The notes: generated by a model not told the origin, from the letters alone. DNA of 63,817 nucleotides, filler included, from Octopus bimaculoides (GCF_001194135.2; 6 parts of 5 records of this genome joined end to end with filler, not necessarily neighbours in it); one strand, 5' to 3'; positions 10,559 through 23,055 are shown, counted from the whole stretch's first letter. Made by a program: numbers and translations.

Positions 10559-11452
10559 TTAGTTCTTTCCAGCTGCATAACATACATAACCCAATTCAAA
10601 CCAACCTGATTTGTAAAGTTGAAGCTTTGTTTCTGGTTTATGTTTATCCAAATACATTCCATATATGATCTGTTGATCTGTACTTATTAGTTTTATAGAC
10701 AAAGACTTGTTAACAAAGTTCAAATACTCTTGAGTAAATTTGTACAAAACATCATATTTACCAAGATTGCTAGCACCTCCTATCCACACCATATTGTCAT
10801 AAATAATGTCTTTATATGTTACATCCTTCTGGAAATCATCTACCTGGGCATAGGCAACTTTTGTATCATCAAAATCTGTAGGTTTTGCCAATTTAAATTT
10901 TGGGTCATCATGGAGATATCGAAAAAGTCCAATATCTAACCACATAAAGTATTTAGTATGAAAATAGTTCTTTCTTATAACCTGGTTAAGAAGTTCAAAT
11001 TTTGCATGCATGGCACAAGAATATCCAGGTACAACAGTATTGGGAAGATGTTTTGGGTAATCAGGCTGTGTATATATTTGAGAAATATTTTCTTGTATCT
11101 TAAATGACCACAATTCCTTCTTGTTTATCAGAAATGTCTTGGTTCGTTCTTTAGGAAACTTTTCCCTTAACTTTTGAAAATATTTGTATGCAATCATATC
11201 ATTTGTATAAAAAATTACATTATTGGTCATGTTGCGAAATACAGACATCCATTTGTAATAGATATTTGGGTTATACTGATGTCTAAAAACTCCTTTTGCA
11301 AAGGATCCTATATTGAAATAAGCAGTCAAGACTGTGATTTCATTGGAAAGATTCATAGTCTTCTTTGAAAGGTCACTTTTAAAAGCGAGAATGTTTTCCT
11401 CGATTGATGATATTTCTGTAGAGTTTTGAATAACATATTCAATTTGAAGATC
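10559..11452 (-). CDS. htrL: HtrL/YibB (WlaTC/HtrL) family putative glycosyltransferase, terminal coding exon of 297 codons plus stop; upstream exon(s) not located
   Basis: Colinear family motifs TVLTAYFNIG, NNVIFYT, PGYSCAMHAKF, WLDIG, WIGGA, TDQ and GWFEL match recalled E. coli HtrL motifs (TIITAYFDIG, WIDFG, IIGGA, DDQ, KWFDL). The frame stays open 32 codons upstream of the ORF-track Met, to an acceptor TATTTATTTAACAG|GAT at 11452. No stops or frameshifts. Confidence 0.9.
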   Translation of the reverse strand, partial: DLQIEYVIQNSTEISSIEENILAFKSDLSKKTMNLSNEITVLTAYFNIGSFAKGVFRHQYNPNIYYKWMSVFRNMTNNVIFYTNDMIAYKYFQKLREKFPKERTKTFLINKKELWSFKIQENISQIYTQPDYPKHLPNTVVPGYSCAMHAKFELLNQVIRKNYFHTKYFMWLDIGLFRYLHDDPKFKLAKPTDFDDTKVAYAQVDDFQKDVTYKDIIYDNMVWIGGASNLGKYDVLYKFTQEYLNFVNKSLSIKLISTDQQIIYGMYLDKHKPETKLQLYKSGWFELGYVCYAAGKN

Positions 11453-11723
11453 CTGTTAAATAAATAATATATAAAATTATGAAGGACCAAAATAATATGC
11501 AAAATAAATGAATAAATAAATAAATAAAGTTTATATTTTACTGGGGCATATTCACTGTGATACAAATCTTAAATCTGCACATTCCTTTAAAATTTGTTTG
11601 TTATTAGTGCTCTGGTCCATATTGAAGCAGTAGATTTCTTGATTCTGCTGTAATGGAACTTCAGACTATTTCCCATAAATTAATTGTCTTAACAATGACT
11701 TAACAATTGAGTAAATGAGTCTA

Positions 11724-11853
11724 GGACATTTACCCCCACCCCATGGACAATTACCCCTGAGAACAACAGATGATGATTTAAAGCTTCTTAATATATTGGA
11801 GAGGGTGTAATTAACCAAGTGGGGTAATTGTCCTGGGGGTGAGTAATTGTCCT
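11724..11853. mobile_element. Small MITE-like relic with inverted subterminal repeats
   Basis: Two GGACA(A/T)TTACCCC copies face two G(G/A)GTAATTGTCC copies. Confidence 0.55.
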
Positions 11854-12613
11854 GATATTAACTAAATTATTATCCTGTACCTAAGCTATTTATGATAATA
11901 AAATAGAAGGAAAGAGTAGATTGACCTTTCTCTATTCTTATAATTTCTTGTCACAGTTGACAATTCCAGGAGTATGTGATGTGTCTTTGAGTGTATGCTT
12001 AATTGCTGCCTAGCTTTGCCATGTCCACTGCCATTTATTATGCACACAAATGACGCGAAATCTCTGAAGGATGTAACCCACTGTACGGCTATAAACACAG
12101 CAGCATCAACAAGTTACACCTCTTTCAACCAGTTGCATGCACAATGGCTCATTGGATGATAGGGTGTACAGACATAACAATAGCTATTACAAATTACACT
12201 GTCTTTAAACTGGTTGCATGCTCAAACCTTTTCTGTAGACTAGCTCTGCAGTTAGTCACATGTCAATAGCAATAACACATTGCTTTCTACATCCTACACA
12301 TATTTTGGTACAAGGAACTGACAATGTGAGTATATAATAAAATATAACGTATATTATCACTTGTAATAACCAACTTTACATAAAAATTTCGGAATGCTAT
12401 TTTAGAATAAATATACTCTTTTTATATATGAATTGCCTCCTAATTTGCAGAATGTTATTTTTGCATCATTAGTCATATTGCTTAATTTCATAAAAATCCT
12501 CCTATAGGTTATTGTGAAATAGTTGGAGGAAAGGAAGTGATGTTGGTCAAGCCAATGTAAAAATATTGGGCAATTCAAGCTAATGTATCAATGAAATCAT
12601 TTTTCTTTCTTAC

Positions 12614-12648
<35 letters not shown>

Positions 12649-12679
12649 CATTTTTATGGATTTAAATAGCTGCAGGAAT

Positions 12680-12820
12680 AGCTGTGTAGGGAAGAAGTTT
12701 GCTTTGTAACCACATGTTTTCGGTTCAGTCCCACTGTACAACACCTTGAGCAAGTGTCTTGTACTATAGCCTCAGATTAATCAATGCTTTGTGAATGAAT
12801 TTGGTAGACAGGAACTGTGT
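12680..12820 (+). mobile_element. tRNA-derived SINE head (CORE-like family A)
   Basis: GCTGTGTAGGGAAGAAGTTTGCTT...GGTTCAGTCCCACTG...CCTTGAGCAAGTGTCTT, a family repeated many times in this window. Confidence 0.75.
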
Positions 12821-13679
12821 ATATATACTTACATACAAAGGAGTATCTACAAGCTATAGACCAATGCTTGGTCATGGCATATAAACATGTTTGTGTGTGT
12901 GCATGTGCATGTGTCTGTGTGCATATATACTTATGTTGTTACTACAGGTGTGAAGTGTATGTATGTGTGTGTATGTGAGTGCATGAATGCGTATGTATAC
13001 TGTGACATAGACCAATGGTTAACAGTACCAGCACCAACTATCCACTAAAAAATCAATACTTTGGGGTCAGCTAGTCTCTATCTTTACCCATCCCAGTTAA
13101 ATATTCGTAACAACCATTTTTGACCCTTAACAACAGTAATTATCTGTTCTTGTCTCTCCCTCTTTCTTCCCCATTTTGTATTATTCCCACTCCCACATAT
13201 TTGACCTCATCTTTCTATTTCTTACTTCTTCAAACATTTGTTTTCTTTCTTCTGTTCTTCCAGTTTCACTATTCATTTCAAGTCACATCTGCAGTGAATT
13301 AACTTGGAAATTTTAATTCTATGCTACCTTCATATAATTAAGGTATCCTCAGCCTGGTGATTAGTTAAGTTGAGTATTCTTCATTGAATAATTATTACAT
13401 CAGAGAATCAGCTAGTTAAGAAACATATGTTGCCTGGATTTTATCCATTCCACTCCCTCAATTTGGACTTTTAGTCATATTCATAGTAAGTCTAGTAGCT
13501 AACTGTGAATTATACAGAAACTTTCAGTTTATTGAATGTCTTAGTAATTTTGATATTGGAAAAAGTGTGTAACATTTGACACCGATAGATTGTTATGGCT
13601 CCTGACTATACACTGTCCACTCTTGTTTTCTATATTTTCCATGGACTGCTTGAAGCTTACAAACTATCTCCACTTGAGT

Positions 13680-14340
13680 CCCTAACATTCCTTTTCCATG
13701 CTGGCATGGTTTGGATAGTTTGACAGAAGCTAGCTAGGCTGGGAGCCACACCAGCCTCCATTCTCTGTTTTGGCATGGTTTCTACAACTTGATGCACTTC
13801 CTAATGCCATCTATTTTACAGGGTGTAGTGGATGCTTTTTACATGGCTCTAGCATCAGTGCATTCTATGTGGCACCATCACTGACAGGGTCCCCAAGTAA
13901 CTTGCAAGATGAAGCCCTGTCAACTGAGAGTGAGGGGTAGTATTGAGGTGTTAGGCTAGTGGCTTTGTGTCAGTAGAGATTAAAGGTATAGAGGGACAGA
14001 GATAGGTGTCTTGCTGTAGAATAAATTCCTGGATACCCCAGTTGGAAAAGAAAGGAGAATGAGTGAGCGAGTAAGATAAAGAGAGTGCAGACAAGTGAGT
14101 GTTAATGATGGAGAACAGCACAAAAAGTAGATGATTGGTGGAGACAGTAGGCAGGGGAAGATAATGAGAAATAGAATGGTTTGGGGGTGGAGGACGGAAG
14201 GTAACTGAGAAAGTGGAGGAATGTAGAACATGCCTATTCTGCTGTCAGGTGATAGAGAAGTGATGGGTGTTAGGGGGTGAAATGTGGGAGAGAAATGGTT
14301 GATGGTGCAGAGAGGATAGAGGTGGGGGTGAGGCAAAGCT
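13680..14340 (-). mobile_element. Long SINE-like composite repeat (family C); similar copy about 17205-17760
   Basis: Degenerate GATGC(C)CTTCCTAATGCCA core and a shared GGTGTCTTGCTGTAGA segment in both copies. Confidence 0.6.
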
Positions 14341-14394
14341 TCTCACAGACAAGCATTACCAAGGTGGTTTAGGATATAAATTCTGGTGTGGTGG

Positions 14395-14830
14395 ATGAGT
14401 CTTCTTGGGTATAACAAGGTGCCATATATCTCAGTCCTTTGTCATCTTCTTTGTGAGGTCCAGTGTCTTGAGATCAGCCATCAATACTTTGCCCACTGTC
14501 TTCCTGGGTCACCCTCTTCTCCAAGTTTGACCCGCTTTAAGTGATCAGCACTTCTTTATGCAACTGTTCACATCTATATGCATCACATGATTAAACCAGT
14601 GCTGTCTTCTCTATTGCAAACTACATTTAATTCCTCTTATGTCTAACTTTTCACTCAATACACTAGTGCTCTGTTGCACATGCACAAAGACACTGTACAT
14701 CGAGCAGAACATACTAGCTTCATTCCTCTCTAATCTTTGCATGTCCTCTGCATTCAGGGAACCCGTTTCACTACCATATGACATTGGTGTTCACACACAT
14801 GCATCATTCAATCATTCAATTTTCCTTTCG

Positions 14831-14865
<35 letters not shown>

Positions 14866-14945
14866 AGACCTTTGGTTGCCAACAGAGGCAAAAGCTCTTT
14901 GAATTTTCTCCAACCTATTTTTATTCTAGCTATTACACCTTTAGT
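14395..14945 (-). mobile_element. RTE LINE, RT C-terminal fragment (decayed)
   Basis: Minus strand resembles RTE ...LYDACV...GRPRKTW..V..DL..L.L...MT.D, and is paralogous to 18050-18420. Confidence 0.75.
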
Positions 14946-15221
14946 ACATCTGCCTCTACTGCTAATAAGTTACCTAGGTAGCAGAAATTATCTACAACTT
15001 CTGGAGAACATTCGAGGGGGTGTGCAATTTTAAAAAATCAATTTCCTATGTGTCTGTAGATTTTATGGCTACTGTGAGAGATAGGAAAATGGAGGAGAGG
15101 GATGTGGGTGACACCTGTTGAGAGGAGGACGTGTAGTAGTTTGGGAGGGATGATACAGTTGACAAGGGGAAGAGAGAGAGATGACGTATTTGGGTAGGCT
15201 GAAAGAGTAAGGGATAGAGAG

Positions 15222-15256
<35 letters not shown>

Positions 15257-16665
15257 TAGTGCATGAGGAGAGATAAATTGGTGATTTGAGGGAGGATGGA
15301 GTTGTCAATGTAACATGCAAATATAAATCCACATGTAGAACACACGCACACAGACAAATACACATAATATTAAAATAACTAACAAAGGATGGTGAGTTTG
15401 TTAGTTCAAATACATACAGCTGTTTCCAGTATTTGTTCTCAACATATAGGCTTAAACTTTATACTTTTTTAATCCAGAAGGTCAGTAAGTGCTGATACCT
15501 AATGAACGAACAGTTACTTATCCTGCTATAGACTAAGCAGAATTATAACACACACACACACACACAGATACACAGACAGACACACACATACACATACACA
15601 CACACACAAGCACAGACATACACACACAGAGACATACAAACACATACACACAGAGACACATACACAACAACAAAATATGTATACTCTACTACACAATGCA
15701 GTTTGAATTAGAAGAACTGAAAATAATTGTAAATATTTGAAAGCTTTTGTTTTGACAGGAAGTTATAAGAATGTAAACACTTTGGTTCTATACTTCTGTT
15801 GAACAATAACAAGGGCATTGTGAGACATGACAGACATGTTTCACAATTTGATTATCACTCATACACACATACATGTATATACATACTCACACACACACAC
15901 ACACACACATGCATACAGAGGTTAATTTATGCATATATGGCATTATGGAGTACTAAAGAAGACCTGCCCACCAACATACACATGGCAAAACATGCATTGA
16001 AATAAGAGTAGCGTTAGAATATTGAATCTATGGAGTTGTAGCCGGGCAGTTGAATTATTTCATCCCAGGGTAACAGCACACTTGCGCTGTGTTCCTCTGT
16101 CATTTAGAAGCTGGTGGTGGAAGAATACACTGGACGGCTTCTACCCAGCCGGACTGGTGTGAATCTGAAGAGAACGACTTTAGTTGCTGTCCAGATGCCG
16201 AAAAGCAAATGCCATTATTGACTGTCTAGTGACTGTTGGTCATACGGAACAGCACATTGATATACTGCTTATATACTCACATGGGCAACAACTCAATGCA
16301 TTTTCTATTGCATGCAATGTGTGGATATTATTACTGACTATCTAGTTTAGTAAGTGTGTTAACTCCTCTCCGCCTACATCACTCAAGTGGATTCTCATCT
16401 CTATCATCACACACATTCTGATACACAGCAATAGAAATCACAATTATTTGGCTTGGTTCATTTGTTATACTGTGTTAACTTCTACCTATATAAATCTGTG
16501 ATATGTTAACCTAAAGAAAAAAAATGCCTTCTGATCTAACTTTATTCCAACATACACTCATGTACAACACTTGTATCTTAACTACATACTAAAGTGGTTA
16601 TGCAACACCTTGATAGCCTAGTAAACTCCTGTTACAGAGTCACTTTATGTTTATGTGTATGTATA

Positions 16666-17210
16666 CGAGGTCTGATCAATAAGTATCCAAACGTAGTAAT
16701 GAGTAATGTAGTAATGAGCTGTAGTAATGAGGCTATAGTAACGAGCTGTAGTAATGAGGCTAAAGCATACAGACTGAAGCCATTTGGCAAAGATTGACCT
16801 TGAACTATGCTGTGCAAGCATACTAAGTTTTAACATTCTAGTTCACTTCTGCTGTTTACAGCAGTGCTTGGAAGGAAGGTGTGTAGCGTGTGATCATCAC
16901 ATTGACCATGACAAAGAAAGTTGTCATGGCAATACCTACTCAGAGGCCTACACAAAGCTGCAGAAAGCATATGGAGAGGGGATGTATGAACCGTACACAA
17001 GTGTACGAGTAGTTCAGATGTTTCCAAGATGGCCCAAAAAGTATCAATATTGATGAACACTCTGGGAGACCAGCAACCGGCAGAACTGAGAAAACCATCA
17101 CAGATGTGCATGCAGCTGTGAGAGGAAATTGTCAAATCACCATCCATGAGTTATCAGAGGATGTGCAGATTAGTTACGGTTCAGTTCAATCTATTACCAC
17201 TGAAGTTTTG
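16666..17210 (+). mobile_element. mariner transposon 5' half (TIR plus HTH DNA-binding region), truncated
   Basis: TA|CGAGGTCTGATCAATAAGTATCC terminus. Broken-frame translation ...SEAYTKLQKAYGE.CMNRTQVYE*FRCFQDG...DEHSGRPAT...QITIHELSEDVQISYGSVQSI. Confidence 0.85.
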
Positions 17211-18049
17211 GCAAGGGTTTTACAGCTAGATGCCCTTCGAAACGCCAACAACTTTACAATATGGATTGGGTGCTTTTAAGTGGCGCCTGCACTGAGAGGG
17301 TCACCAAGTACTTGCAAGACAAAAAAAAATCTCTTTTGAGAGGGAATTGGAGGAGGTAATCTTGTGTCAGGTGATGAAAGGTTATAGTGAGACAGAAAAA
17401 CAGAAACAGGTGTCTTGCTGTAGAGAAGATACAAGGTTATCCAGCCCGGGGTGGGGGTGGGGGAAGAGGAGATCAGAAATGATGACAGAAGCAGGTGCAC
17501 TGCAACAAAGGAAATACATGGTTACCCAACTTGAGGGAAGTGCAGGGGAAGGAGAGAGAGACTGGGTGACAGCAGGACAGAGATGGTGCTAAAGTGCCGG
17601 ACATGCTCAAAAGGGATGGGGATCAGGATATAAATGGGATGGTTGAGTAAAGGAAGAAAGAGATATAGTTGATGGCAAGTGCCAGGGCATACCCTTGAGG
17701 TTCAAAGGTCATAAGATAAATGGCAGTATATTGCGATAAAGCATGATTAGAGTGTGCAGAGAGGTGGGGGGTGGCAAAAACCTGGGTATATATAGTGTTG
17801 GGGGGGGGTGCTACTGGATAGCAATGATACAGAGGAACAGGGCCATGAGAACAGGATTTGGGAGTGAGAGGTAGGTATAATGTATGAAGGAAGAAATGTG
17901 AGGAAGAGAAATGTAAAGATGTAGATTGGTTTGTTGGGGCAGTGTGTGTGAAAAGTTTTTTTGTTATGTGTTGGTGGAATACGCAGATCAGGAGCTAGCA
18001 GATATCAATGATACAGTGAGACAGGGTGTGTGGGTGGAACACACAAGTT

Positions 18050-18335
18050 GAGGGCTTTCAGTGATTGGCGCTTCTTTATGCAGCTGTCCTCATTCATACA
18101 CATCACATGTCCAAACCAATGTAGTTTTCTCTCTTGCATACTACATGTAATTTCTCTCATGCCTAATTTCTTTCTCAATACATCTGCACTTTGTTGTATA
18201 TGCGCACATCCAACAGAGCATACTACCTTCATTTCTCTCCAGTCTACACATGTCTTCTGCATTCAGACCCCATGTCTCACTACCATGGAGTATAGCCATT
18301 CGCACACAAACATCATACAGTCTACCTTTCACTCT

Positions 18336-18372
<37 letters not shown>

Positions 18373-19262
18373 TCCTTTTGTTGCCAACTGAGGTAGTAGC
18401 TCTCTGAACTTCCTCCACCCAATTCTTATCTTAAAAACAAGACTTTCAGTGCATCATCCACCATTGCTAATTTAGTCACCTAGGTAACAAAAACTATCTA
18501 TAACCTTAAGAGAGCCTCTTGGGCATTTGAGAGAATCTTGGTCGTGTGTGCTCTTAGTGCTTATTGTTTCTGCACATACATACTGTTCCTGCCACATACA
18601 AAGACGACTTTATCTGTTAATCTACTTATGATTCCTCTGCACCTCTTATGTGTCCATAGTTTACACTGGGTGCAGAAACTCCTTTCCTACTTATTGAGCA
18701 GGGCCATTTACTTGATGGAAAGAGAGTTTCATCATTTTTCTTACTAACAACAACTTTGGTCTTTGTTAGGTTGACTTTAAGGCCCTTTGATTCCAGATTT
18801 TGTTTCCATACTTGGAATTTCTTCTCCAATTCTGCTAAAGATTCTGCAGTAAGAGCAAGGTCATCAGTATATAGCAGTTCCCACGGGCACCCAGTTTTGA
18901 ATTCCTCTGTTATGGCCTGGAGGACTATAATGAATAAGAGTGGGCTGAGAACTGAGCCTGGTGAACCCCTACCTGTATGCTAAATTTATCACTGTATTCA
19001 TGGCCAACTCTCACCTTACTGACAACACCACAGCACATGGCTTGTACAGCTTTAACAAGTCATTCCTCTACTCCTAACTTCCTTAGAGATCACCATGTAA
19101 CAGAGTAGAGAACTTTGTCGAAAGCTTTCTTCAGGTTGACGAAAGCTAAGTACAATGGCTTACTTTTGACCAAGTGATTTTCCTACAGTTGTCTCACTAG
19201 GAAGATGGAATTTGTGGTACTCTTCCCAGGTACAAAATCAAACTGCATCTCATCTAGTTTAA
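18050..19262 (-). mobile_element. RTE LINE reverse transcriptase region (pseudogenised)
   Basis: KLDEMQFDFVPGKSTTNSIFLVRQL, GCPWELLYTDDLALTAESLAELEKKFQVWKQNLESKGLKVNL, LRVKGRLYDVCVR, LHGSETW, LHWFGHV. Confidence 0.92.
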
Positions 19263-19854
19263 TTCTATTTCTAATCAATTGAACTATAACTCTCTCTCTC
19301 TCTGTATATATACATATATATTTATATATATAAATGTATATGTGTGTGTGTATGTGTCTTATGTATAGATGTGTATATATATATATTATATATATAAGGC
19401 TGGCCCATCCTAATCTTTTTTGTTAATTATATGCAATTATGGAATGCAGAGGGGGTAAGGGTGAGATGGAAAGAGTAGGGGAAAAATTGAAAAAGAGAGA
19501 TAAAGCTTGGAAGAAAGGAGGGGCTGAGGATTTTTGAAAGATATGTGTGGAAGGTTCTTCAACATGAAACCATTTGGTAACATGAATTGGCTGCCTTGTG
19601 CCTAGAGTAAAAAAAAATATTTCTTTACACAAATTTACCTGTTAAATAGAACCTGTTTCATGAAACAGTCATTTTTAATTAAATATCCAAGTTAGTTTGT
19701 GATAAAAATTTTGGACAAGTTAAAACTTTGTGTATGTTTATGCTTACATTTCTTTAATTAGAGTTCTTTCTGTTTGCTATATACAAGCTGTTGCTTGAAT
19801 TTATACACATATCGCAATACAATTTAGAGACAATGTATATTTGTATTTCCATTA

Positions 19855-20360
19855 TTGACAGAATTGTTAGTACACTGGAAAAATGCTTAGCAGCATTTCT
19901 TCTGATTCTTTCATCCTGAGTTCAAATTTGACTGAGGTGAAATTTGCCTTTCATTTCTTCAGAGCTGATGAAATAAATATCAGCTAAGCATTGGGTTGAT
20001 ATAATTGACTAATTCTCTCTTCACAAACTGTTGGTCTTGTGCCAAAGTTTGAGACAATTACTGTTGTTATTAGTGTAATGAATGGTAGAATTGATAGAGT
20101 AGTAGATAGAATACTCTACACAACTTAATTTCAATATTTTACTCCTTGAATTCAAATTAGATTTGACCATTTGTTTGTTCAGGGTGGTAAGCTGGCAAAA
20201 TGCTTAGGAGCATTTCTTCTGCCTCTTTATATTCTGAGTCCAAATCCAGCTGAGGTCAACTTGGCCTTTCTTTCTTACAATCTTGATAAAATAAAGTACC
20301 AGTCAAGTACTGGAGTTGATGTAATTAACTTGTCCCTTTCCCTGAAAATTGCTAACCTTC
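19855..20360 (+). mobile_element. Two degenerate SINEs of family B
   Basis: AAATGCTTAGC...TGAGTTCAAA...GAGGT...GCCTTTC...GATAAAATAAAGTACCAG motifs. Confidence 0.7.
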
Positions 20361-20742
20361 AATCCTGCAATAGACCAGCATTCTGTTCAGAGGGCATATT
20401 GTGATCTCAGTCACTCTTAACTAGCCTTATGAATCCTATTGCTCAAGAAAAAAAAGAAGAAAACTCATTTGTTCATGGTTTGTAAAACAAGAATCACTAA
20501 AGTACACATCAATATAATTAATTGTACCCTTTCCTCACAATTTATGGCTTTGTGTCTATATATGAAACCATTAATATTATTGTTACATTAAAAAAAAAGT
20601 TACTTAAAATATTGTTACATTTTACTGATTTAAACATTGTTGGAAAATGAAACCAATTGCAAATGTTTCTTTGTGTTGACATTTATATAAAGAAAATTTA
20701 GCTGATGCCATATAAAAAGCACCCACTACACCCTGTAAAGTA

Positions 20743-22690
20743 TTGGGTCACCCCATAAATAATGCAATTTTTTCAATTACATAAACTAAGTCAGAGGGAG
20801 ACAGGATAAACTACTTGCATCAGCTTGCAATAAAAGTAGGCAGTAATTTTACCTGGTACTTATTCTTAGTGCAAGTTTTGAAGAGTACAGTTCGATTTTA
20901 ACAGTTATTTTTCCAAAGCTATAGTGAAAATGATGAAGGAGCATATTTGGCATATTTTGCTTTATGAGTTCAATCATCATCATCATCATCGTCGTTTAAC
21001 GTCCGCTTTCCATGCTAGCATGGGTTGGACGATTTGACTGAGGACTGGTGAAACCAGATGGCTACACCAGGCTCCAATCTGATTTGGCAGAGTTTCTACA
21101 GCTGCATGCCCTTCCTAACGCCAACCACTCAGAGAGTGTAGTGGGTGCTTTTTATGTGCCACCAGCATGAAGGCCAGTCAGGTGGTACTGACAACGGCCA
21201 CGCTCAAAATGGTGTATTTTATGTGCCACCCGCACAAGAGCCAGTCCAGGGGCACTGGCAATGATCTCGCTCGAAAGTCCTTACACATGCCGCGGGCACA
21301 GGTACCATCATAATTTCGCTTCCGCTTGCCCCAATAAGTCTTCGCAAGCTGAGTTTCGTGTCCAATGAGGGAGACGACGTTNNNNNNNNNNNNNNNNNNN
21401 NNNNNNNNNNNNNNNNNNNNNNNNNNNNNNNNNNNNNNNNNNNGACGTCAAATTTAACTCGATTTCGATTTCACTTACCTCAACAGGTCTTCGCAAGTGG
21501 AGTTTAGTGTCCAATTTAACTTGATTTCGATTTCACTTGCCTCAACAGGTCTTTGCAAGTGGAGTTTAGTGTCCAATGAAGGAAGGAAGGTACGCATAAG
21601 TGGACTGGCTGAGGCCTTAGATTTAGGTCAATAAAGGTGATAATGCAATGAAAAGTGTGAGGAATATTAATGCAGTATTTGGGGATTGGATATTAAGCAT
21701 AAGCCAGTATCAGTGGTGGTTCCAGAAATTCCAAGCCAGAAACTACAGCCTGGAAGACAAGCCTCATCCTGGAAGATCTGTAGAGCTCAACAAGGATGTC
21801 TTGCAGACCTGGGTGGAACAAAATCCCATTGTAACTGTTGAGGAACTAGCAGAGAAGCTTGGATTCGGTCATTCAATCATTCATTGACACTTGTATGCCA
21901 TCTGAAAAGTCAGCAAATTTGGTCAATGGGTTCCTCACAAACTTTCCGAGTCTAATCACGTGTGGAGAGTGAATGTGTGCTCTTCTTTGCTGTCACATCT
22001 CATGAATGAACCTTTTTTGAACTTAATAGTGACTGGTGACAAGAAATGAGTTTTCTATAAGAATGTCAAGTGCCAAAAACAGTGGGTAGGGAAAGGAGAA
22101 ACACCAGCACCCCAGGCTAAAGAAGGTTTTCACCCACATAAGGTGTTGCTATCTATTTGGTGGGATATTAAAGGCTTAGTCCACTTTGAACATTTAAATC
22201 CAAACCAAACAATAAAAAAGATCAACTGTGAGCAGCTTGTGCAGTTTAAGTCAGTGCTAGAAGAAAAACAATCATCTTTGGTTTCAAGACAAAAGGTGTT
22301 CTTCTATCAGGATAATGCTCAGCCACATACAGTGAGGATGACATTCCAAAGGCTGGAGCAGTTTGAATGGGAATCGATGCCCCCACCACCATATTTGCCG
22401 GACATTGCCCCATCTGATTATCATTTATTCCGCACCCTTCCAAATCATTTGGATGAAAAAAAATATGAATTCTGTAGGTCAGAACAGTACTGGAGGAGCA
22501 TTTTTCATTATAGACAAGTGAATTTTGGAAGCGGTTGGAGGTGGGGGGGGGGCTTGCAAGTCTACCAGATAGATGAAAGAGCATTGTACAAAATGAAGGA
22601 GAATATATTTTAGATTAAAAAAGAACTTTGTTCATCTCAATTTTGAAAAATAAAGTATAAAAAAACCACATTATTTATGGAATGACCCAA
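20743..22690 (+). mobile_element. Full-length but inactivated mariner transposon, interrupted by a SINE at 20975-21627
   Basis: TIRs TTGGGTCA(CC/TT)CCATAAATAATG with TA TSDs at 20741-20742 and 22691-22692. Transposase motifs WVPHKL, VTGD, QDNA and PYLPDIAPSDY, with stops and frameshifts. Confidence 0.93.
20975..21627 (-). mobile_element. Family C SINE-like element with internal 62-bp repeats, inserted in the mariner ORF
   Basis: (CAT)n tail end, TGCCCTTCCTAACGCCAACC core and TCAAT TSD (20970-20974 and 21628-21632). Close relative of 48465-49100. Confidence 0.88.
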
Positions 22691-22692
22691 TA

Positions 22693-22845
22693 CTTGATGT
22701 TAGGGGTGGCAGCCAGTCATAGAAATCATGCCAAAGTCGACAGCAGAGCTTGATGAAGTCATCTGACTTGCCAGTTCCTATCAAACTATCCAACCCATAG
22801 CACCATGGAAAACCGATGTTAAATGATGATGATGATGACAAAACT
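22693..22845 (+). mobile_element. Older family C SINE split by the mariner insertion (5' part at about 20700-20740)
   Basis: AAAAGCACCCACTACACCCTGTAAAG[TA] left of the mariner rejoins CTTGATGTTAGGGGTGGCAGCCAG...GTTAAATGATGATG to its right. Confidence 0.75.
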
Positions 22846-23055
22846 TTCCAAACAGTGTAACAATATTTTCATTTTTATGATTCAAAGTTTTTTTTTTTTT
22901 TTACTTAGATATATAAAGTAAACATATTAGAAAGACTTACATATAAATCTAATGGGTTAAAATTTCTCTCTTCTATATACCACTGGTCTGTAAAATAAAA
23001 GTAGTTGTCAGAAAAATAACACATACTGATATTATACTTAAATATTTTTAGATGT

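Noticed and set aside
10559-11452. Bacterial contaminant contig as the source of the HtrL-like ORF
   Set aside because: It lies in gap-free sequence (2389-21381) with host SINEs and MITEs on both sides, has a splice acceptor, and has no neighbouring bacterial genes. Read-level confirmation is still advisable.
11353-11565. Upstream 70-aa ORF overlapping the HtrL start by ATGA, resembling bacterial translational coupling
   Set aside because: It starts at TTG in very AT-rich low-complexity sequence. The in-frame splice acceptor at 11452 explains the region better as intron plus exon.
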